Part shown: positions 50,109 to 55,267 of the stretch, piece after piece
Layout of the letters: each line of letters begins with the position of its first letter
Numbering within the stretch: position 1 is the first letter of the stretch
Assembly (NCBI GenBank): GCA_043817155.1
Contig: JBDRHE010000003.1
Span: 1 to 55,267 of the forward strand
DNA from: Candidatus Omnitrophota bacterium
Lineage (GTDB): Bacteria; Omnitrophota; Gorgyraeia; JABMRN01; RBG-13-46-9
Length of the DNA stretch: 55,267 bases
Reading direction: 5' to 3'
Notes under the pieces: generated by a model
Seen by the model: the letters and a program-made list of their open reading frames with translations, nothing else
Database searches by the model: none
What the model was told of the DNA's origin: nothing
Translations under genes and position numbers: made by a program

Positions 50109-50888
50109 ATGCACATAAACAGGTACAAAAAAGTAGCGATCGATGCAGCCCTCAAAGCCGGAGCCTTTATTAACAGGCATGTCGGTAAGATCAAGGAGAT
50201 CCGCTATAAGGGTGAAATAAACGTCGTCACCGATATCGATACCGGGGCCGAGGAGATCATTGTACGTACCATCGGTAAGGTTTGCCCCGGCCACACGTTC
50301 TTTGCTGAAGAGGGGAAGTATGGCAAGGGGGCATCTGACTTTACATGGATAATCGACCCGTTGGATGGTACCACGAATTTTTTGCATGGATTTCCTTTCT
50401 TTTGTGTTTCAATAGCGCTTGCGTATTGCGGCAGGATCATAATGGGCGTGGTCTACGATCCTTCAAAGAATGAGCTTTTTCATGCCGCAAGAACACAAGG
50501 GGCCTTCCTGAATAGGAGCGCTATAGCGGTATCTAAGGCCAGCAGGATCGATAGATCTCTACTAGCCACCGGATTTGCATATAACGTTAAACGAGTTAGA
50601 AACAATAATATAAAGAATTTCGTAAACTTTCTTAAGGCCTCCCAGGGGATCAGGAGAGGCGGCTCGGCTGCGCTTGATCTCTGTTATGTTGCGTGTGGTA
50701 GATTTGATGGATTTTGGGAACTATTTCTTAATCCGTGGGACACTGCCGCAGGCGCCCTCATAGTCGACGAAGCAGGCGGCAAGATCTCAAAATTCGATGG
50801 CTCCAAATACAATGTTTATGATAAGAATATCATAGCCTCAAACTCACTTATTCACTCCAAAATGGTTCGTATCCTCTCTAAAGACTAA
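50109..50888 (+). CDS. suhB: Inositol monophosphatase family protein
   Basis: AEEG, WIIDPLDGTTNF, GSAALDL, PWDTAAG. Confidence 0.92.
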   Translation: MHINRYKKVAIDAALKAGAFINRHVGKIKEIRYKGEINVVTDIDTGAEEIIVRTIGKVCPGHTFFAEEGKYGKGASDFTWIIDPLDGTTNFLHGFPFFCVSIALAYCGRIIMGVVYDPSKNELFHAARTQGAFLNRSAIAVSKASRIDRSLLATGFAYNVKRVRNNNIKNFVNFLKASQGIRRGGSAALDLCYVACGRFDGFWELFLNPWDTAAGALIVDEAGGKISKFDGSKYNVYDKNIIASNSLIHSKMVRILSKD

Positions 50889-50934
50889 TAGAACAATTAA
50901 ATATTTATACTCAAGAGCTATACCGTAGATAGTA

Positions 50935-51806
50935 GTTCAGCTCCCGGAGCTCGCAGTCTGTCTGGGTCGAGAGCTCCGGGAGCTGAACAGCGTTTCTCAT
51001 ACTGCTGTAAAACAGAACAATCGCTATAACAATTTGGCCAGCGGAAGCCATCCACTGCCTTAAAGTACCTTTAACAAGCCTTCTACCGCCATGGTTTGCT
51101 ATAGGAGAGACGGGAAAGAGGGCTAGCTTCGAAGAAGGCCTCTGATAATAATCTGACAAGTAAAAATTATCCTTTGCCATCTTCTATTGTCTTGGGTCGC
51201 CATTTTGTAGAGGGAGAGAAGAAGGAGCCTTCAAGAACTCGCCCCGATAGAAGCGCCTAAAGAGGCGCTAATCGGGGCTCAAACATTTGAAGGCCCTTTT
51301 CGCCTCATATATTACCGCTCTCTCTATAATTCTGTCATACAGAGTAACGGATGTGGCAAATGAAACTTCTTCTCTCCCTCTACAAAATGCCTTAATTTTT
51401 AAGGCTCTTCCAAGCTAGCCCTCTTCCTCGTCTCTTTATGCTAGCCTTAAGGATAAGGAAGGTGCACCCTCTTTGAACGAGCCCTTAAAATTCAGGCATG
51501 TATGTTAGGCCTATTCAAGGTTTTCTTTGTCACATATTATGAGACAAAAAGGATGGCAGATGTTTGAGCCCCACACCGATATTGAGTCTTACGGACGTGT
51601 GTGGGGCGAGTTCTGCCATCCCCTTGAAGAGGCCTAAAATCATGCCGGTCCCGCATCCTTTGTCACTAGATGAGGCGGGAGAATTTTACTTATCTGCATA
51701 TTTGCAGAGGGCTCATCAAAGAGGGTGCACCTTCCTTATCTTGTAGTCGGATGGTTAGCAGGATGAAGGGAGTGCTTGCTTCCGTTGGTTAAACTGTTAC
51801 AATCGC
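50935..51806. repeat. Family G composite element G4, a large multibranched structure with two K modules
   Basis: Perfect stems 50935-50952/50971-50988 (18 bp), 51201-51224/51366-51389 (24 bp), 51452-51476/51716-51740 (25 bp); outer stem 51028-51048/51778-51798. Confidence 0.8.
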
Positions 51807-51844
51807 TAGCTTTGTTAGGTATGAAAAAAGCAAGAAAAATAATC

Positions 51845-51873
51845 TTGACAAATGATTACACGTCTGTTACAAT
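51845..51873 (+). promoter_or_regulatory. Putative sigma70 promoter
   Basis: TTGACA-17 bp-TACAAT with TGn. Confidence 0.75.
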
Positions 51874-51914
51874 TAAGTTAATAAAAAGGTATAAAGTTAA
51901 AGGGGGTAATAAGC

Positions 51915-52133
51915 ATGAAATACAAGACCATAATTGAAGTAACAAGTGACGCGAGAAATAATGATGAGGCTATCTATATCGCGGGTGAATATTTAAGGGG
52001 AAACATCGAAAGCGGTGTTGAGATTAGGTGCAAGAGTCACCCCAACAGAGCATTCGTGTTAACGGGGTTGACCATCTCACTGGCTCTTGCAATTACTGCG
52101 ATATTTATATCGTCTATCGGGATATGCAAGTAA
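51915..52133 (+). CDS. Small hypothetical protein with C-terminal TM helix
   Basis: Own promoter, AGGGGG SD, hydrophobic C-terminus. Confidence 0.65.
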   Translation: MKYKTIIEVTSDARNNDEAIYIAGEYLRGNIESGVEIRCKSHPNRAFVLTGLTISLALAITAIFISSIGICK

Positions 52134-52237
52134 CGCCGATATCGACACTTTACCCTGATAGGAGAGCGTTGGAATTTTGAAGAGACTATTAAGATATAGG
52201 AGCAAATAAAGAGATAAATAGATCATGGCATAAAAGT

Positions 52238-52283
52238 CCCGTCTTTCTGCGAAAGGGTAATTTTGTGGAAAGATGGGTTTTTT
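52238..52283 (+). terminator. Probable intrinsic terminator
   Basis: CCCGTCTTTCTGCGAAA/TTTTGTGGAAAGATGGG stem plus T6. Confidence 0.65.
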
Positions 52284-52339
52284 ATTGTAATAGATGGAGC
52301 ATTGGTGGTAAAATAGGTATAAATAATGGAGGTGTATAT

Positions 52340-52708
52340 ATGGCAACGTTATTATTGTATGTTATTGGAATATTGTGGATAGTCTCGGGAGCGCTCCTGG
52401 TATTTGCTCCCGATGTATTAAGGAAGAACCTGTTCAATAAATTCAAGAAGATGAATTTAAAGAGGATAAGCATAGTCCCTATAATAGTCGGCATACTTCT
52501 GCTCTTTTCAGCTTCCCAGCACAGATACACCTTCTTAATTATTCTGTTGGGCCTTCTGGCTATCGCTAAAGGGTTCTATGGAATACTGGCGACAGATAAA
52601 GCAACAAAGTTCATGAACTGGTGGATAGATAAGGCCGGGAGCGCCGTCTACCGGGTTCATGGCATACTGGCCATTATCCTTGGGTCTATCGTACTTGTAG
52701 GTATCTAA
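52340..52708 (+). CDS. Four-TM membrane protein (DUF2065-like, uncertain)
   Basis: GGAGGT SD before ATG 52340; four hydrophobic helices. Confidence 0.7.
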   Translation: MATLLLYVIGILWIVSGALLVFAPDVLRKNLFNKFKKMNLKRISIVPIIVGILLLFSASQHRYTFLIILLGLLAIAKGFYGILATDKATKFMNWWIDKAGSAVYRVHGILAIILGSIVLVGI

Positions 52709-52751
52709 AAGCATATCTTTCGATCTTAATTTAAAAGAAGACCCCTTTTTA

Positions 52752-54188
52752 ATGATCGTCAAGACCGATCCTTCGTTTATAAAGTCCTATCTCGAAGATT
52801 CTTCAAACCTCCCGAACGGCCATGCCGATAAGGTGGTACTACCAGAGTCCATAGAAGAGGTGTGCTCGTGTTTGCGGGAAGCAAATGCTAAAAAGACACC
52901 CGTTACGATCTCCGGCGCGGGGACAGGCCAAGCCGGAGGACGCGTTCCGCTCGGCGGGATACTCCTGTCTATGGAGAGACTGGACGTTATAAGGGCGATA
53001 AAGAGATCGGTATCAGGCGGTTACGCTGTCGTAGAGGCGGGAGTCTCGATCAGGGACCTCAAAAGGGAATGCGAGAAGGAGAACCTTTTCTACACATATG
53101 ACCCTACTGAGCAAGGCGCCTTTGTTGGAGGCACTATCGCTACAAATGCCTCCGGCGCGCGTTCATTCCGTTATGGTTCAACACGTAGACATGTTATTGG
53201 CCTCAAGATAGTTCTGGCGGGGGGCGACGTTCTTGAACTTGAACGTGGAAATAACATGGCGCAGGGCAGGGCTCTTGGCGTCAATGCCGGTAATAAACGG
53301 TTCAATGTTAAGCTTCCTTCATACACGATGCCCGATACTAAGAATTCCGCGGGTTATTATGCAAAAGAGAATATGGATATCGTGGATCTCTTTGTGGGCC
53401 AGGAAGGTACGCTTGGTGTTATTGTGGAAGCCAGGATCGGGCTTTTCGAGAAACCCGGAGGTTTCTTTGCCAGCTTCATATTCTTCCGGTCTGAAATAGA
53501 AGCTCAGGAATTTGCCACCTGTGCGTCATCGGCAGGTCCGTTATCCATAGAATACTTTGATAAGGGGTGTCTTGAGTTATTGCGAAAAAAATCCGGCAAT
53601 GTACCGGCCCGGTCCGTATCCGCGATATTTATTGAAGACGAGATCCTTGAGAGCGAAGACGCGATCCTCTCTAAGTGGGAAGGGCTTTTGTCAAAGCATG
53701 CTATATCTTTGGAAGATACATGGGTCGCCATGAGCGAAAAGGCGCACATGGATTTTCTGGAGAAGAGGCGTTTTATTCCGGAACATATGAGTGAAATGGC
53801 AAGAGCATCCGGCTTCCCGAAAGTCAGTACGGATCTTTCGGTTCCTAAGGATAGATTGCACGAGATGATTAACTTTTATAAGGATCATTTAGATGGAGAG
53901 GGAATTGAGTATTTTATCTTTGGGCATATAGGTGATGCTCACCTGCATGTGAACATGCTCTCGTCCGATGATAACTCTTACGATAAATCTAAAAGGGTGC
54001 AGCTTGAATTTGTAAAGAAGGCAATATCCTTAGGAGGAACCGTATCGGCCGAACACGGTATAGGGAAGACTAAAAAAGAATTCTTAAAAGTTCAGTATGG
54101 GGCGCGAGGGGTAGAGGAGATGATCGCCGTCAAAAAAGTTCTCGACCCTAACCTGATCATGGGTCGGGGGAACGTCTTTGACTGTTAA
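52752..54188 (+). CDS. FAD-binding oxidoreductase, GlcD / D-lactate dehydrogenase family
   Basis: GAGTGQAGG, GGTIATNASG, GQEGTLG, GHIGDAHLH, SAEHGIG, DPNLIM. Confidence 0.92.
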   Translation: MIVKTDPSFIKSYLEDSSNLPNGHADKVVLPESIEEVCSCLREANAKKTPVTISGAGTGQAGGRVPLGGILLSMERLDVIRAIKRSVSGGYAVVEAGVSIRDLKRECEKENLFYTYDPTEQGAFVGGTIATNASGARSFRYGSTRRHVIGLKIVLAGGDVLELERGNNMAQGRALGVNAGNKRFNVKLPSYTMPDTKNSAGYYAKENMDIVDLFVGQEGTLGVIVEARIGLFEKPGGFFASFIFFRSEIEAQEFATCASSAGPLSIEYFDKGCLELLRKKSGNVPARSVSAIFIEDEILESEDAILSKWEGLLSKHAISLEDTWVAMSEKAHMDFLEKRRFIPEHMSEMARASGFPKVSTDLSVPKDRLHEMINFYKDHLDGEGIEYFIFGHIGDAHLHVNMLSSDDNSYDKSKRVQLEFVKKAISLGGTVSAEHGIGKTKKEFLKVQYGARGVEEMIAVKKVLDPNLIMGRGNVFDC

Positions 54189-54996
54189 GATACTCTACCT
54201 TCTCAAGCGTGGCAGTGACCTCCCCAACAAGCGGTATTTTTAGTATCTTGAGTACTATGTATAATCCAAGACGTTTCTCGTCACTCGAGATGTAACCCCA
54301 GGCGCTTGCGTCCCTTTGCCTCTTTCCTTCTTTCATGACGTACGGTTTCAGGAGGAACGCGTCGAATGCGCCGATCCCGGGGAAGACGACCTCGGCCCTC
54401 TTGCTTATATTAGCGAATATCTCATAGTTTCTCTCATTAAGGTTAACGGTTATCTTTATCGTATCTCCTACCTTTGCCTGGATGGTCCTGAAGAAGAATG
54501 CGGCGCTTACAGGGTCCTGCACATTCTCTTCTATTTTACATGTCTTTACACTGCCATCCAGTAGATTTTTATATATAGCGATCTTCTTATCAAAATCATA
54601 ATCGACTACGAGATCCTTTTTATATCTGCCTTCCCGTTGTATCGACTCATAGTGCCGGCTTATGAGCTTACCGGTGTCTATGTAGGATATGAAGGTATCC
54701 TCCACCTTATAGAGTCTAGATAAAAATTCGTTTGTTCTGGCTATGGCTACTACCTTGTAGACTTCGTAACCTTTGAACGATGTAAGTTCCTCAATGGTTA
54801 TTGTGCCTGTGCCTACCCGTATACCTTTCCACGCAACCATATATGTCAAGCGTTCACCTACGGTAAAAGCCGGAGATGGATCCTCGATCTTTTCCGATAG
54901 GGCTATCTTGGCGGAAGGGCGCCTTATTCTAGCGGTTTTTGCGCAACCCGCAAAAAAGAGAGATGCGAGTATTATAAAAAGAAGTATTCTCTTCAT
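54157..54996 (-). CDS. DUF3108-like lipoprotein
   Basis: MKRILLFIILASLFFAGC lipobox, GE.L.Y...W.GI.VG, QDPVSA; start 54996 or 55005; overlaps the oxidoreductase 3' end by 32 nt. Confidence 0.75.
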   Translation of the reverse strand: MKRILLFIILASLFFAGCAKTARIRRPSAKIALSEKIEDPSPAFTVGERLTYMVAWKGIRVGTGTITIEELTSFKGYEVYKVVAIARTNEFLSRLYKVEDTFISYIDTGKLISRHYESIQREGRYKKDLVVDYDFDKKIAIYKNLLDGSVKTCKIEENVQDPVSAAFFFRTIQAKVGDTIKITVNLNERNYEIFANISKRAEVVFPGIGAFDAFLLKPYVMKEGKRQRDASAWGYISSDEKRLGLYIVLKILKIPLVGEVTATLEKVEYLNSQRRSPDP

Positions 54997-55074
54997 GTCA
55001 CTCATATGATAGCGTAAGCGCTGAGAATTGTAAATCATAAAGTCAGCTGAACAAATACACAGATTGGATCAAGT

Positions 55075-55267
55075 GCGCCAGAGGTGAGGGCCTTCGGTGC
55101 AGTCTCAGCATAAAAAATTATGCCGAGATTCTTCTATCTTGTCTCTTTATAAGGTGATCGTTGGTATCTTTAGGAAATGCCGTAAGCCAGGATATACGAA
55201 TACCTTGTATTACCAACTCTCACCTTGTAAAGAGACAAAAGAAGAATATGAGCCTGCGCCGAAGCCC
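55075..55267. repeat. Family G element G5 (module M), truncated by the window end
   Basis: Near reverse complement of 8332-8524; similar to 27636-27790. Confidence 0.85.

Overview
Bacterial core-metabolism region; gene content suggests a PVC-group anaerobe such as Ca. Omnitrophota, which is inference only. About 47 genes are present, all on + except the last. In order: two tandem GalT-like nucleotidyltransferases; gap; a PAS kinase, receiver and glgA; pgk-tpiA-secG; a peptide ABC transporter; otsA, a DUF5752-like gene and treT; leuCDB-asd-truA; an NSS transporter with an uncalled 39-aa membrane ORF; rplM-rpsI; a long argCJBDFGH-lysA-dapFABL-folK-panC-nadA-nadX run; and several small or hypothetical genes. 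I saw no tRNA, rRNA, CRISPR-cas or transposase. The unusual content is non-coding: most larger intergenic gaps hold palindromic elements from at least seven families. (A) Heptamer-tandem inverted-repeat elements. (B, C) CGTC-type REP doublets. (D, E) Small GC-rich hairpins that insert at one site inside family B. (F) A 231-bp MITE with an 8-bp target duplication that truncates a gene. (G) Five 0.2-0.9 kb multi-branched elements built from shuffled modules with compensatory base changes, lying at transcription-unit boundaries. All protein calls come from motif recognition and all alignments were done by eye; no database search was run.
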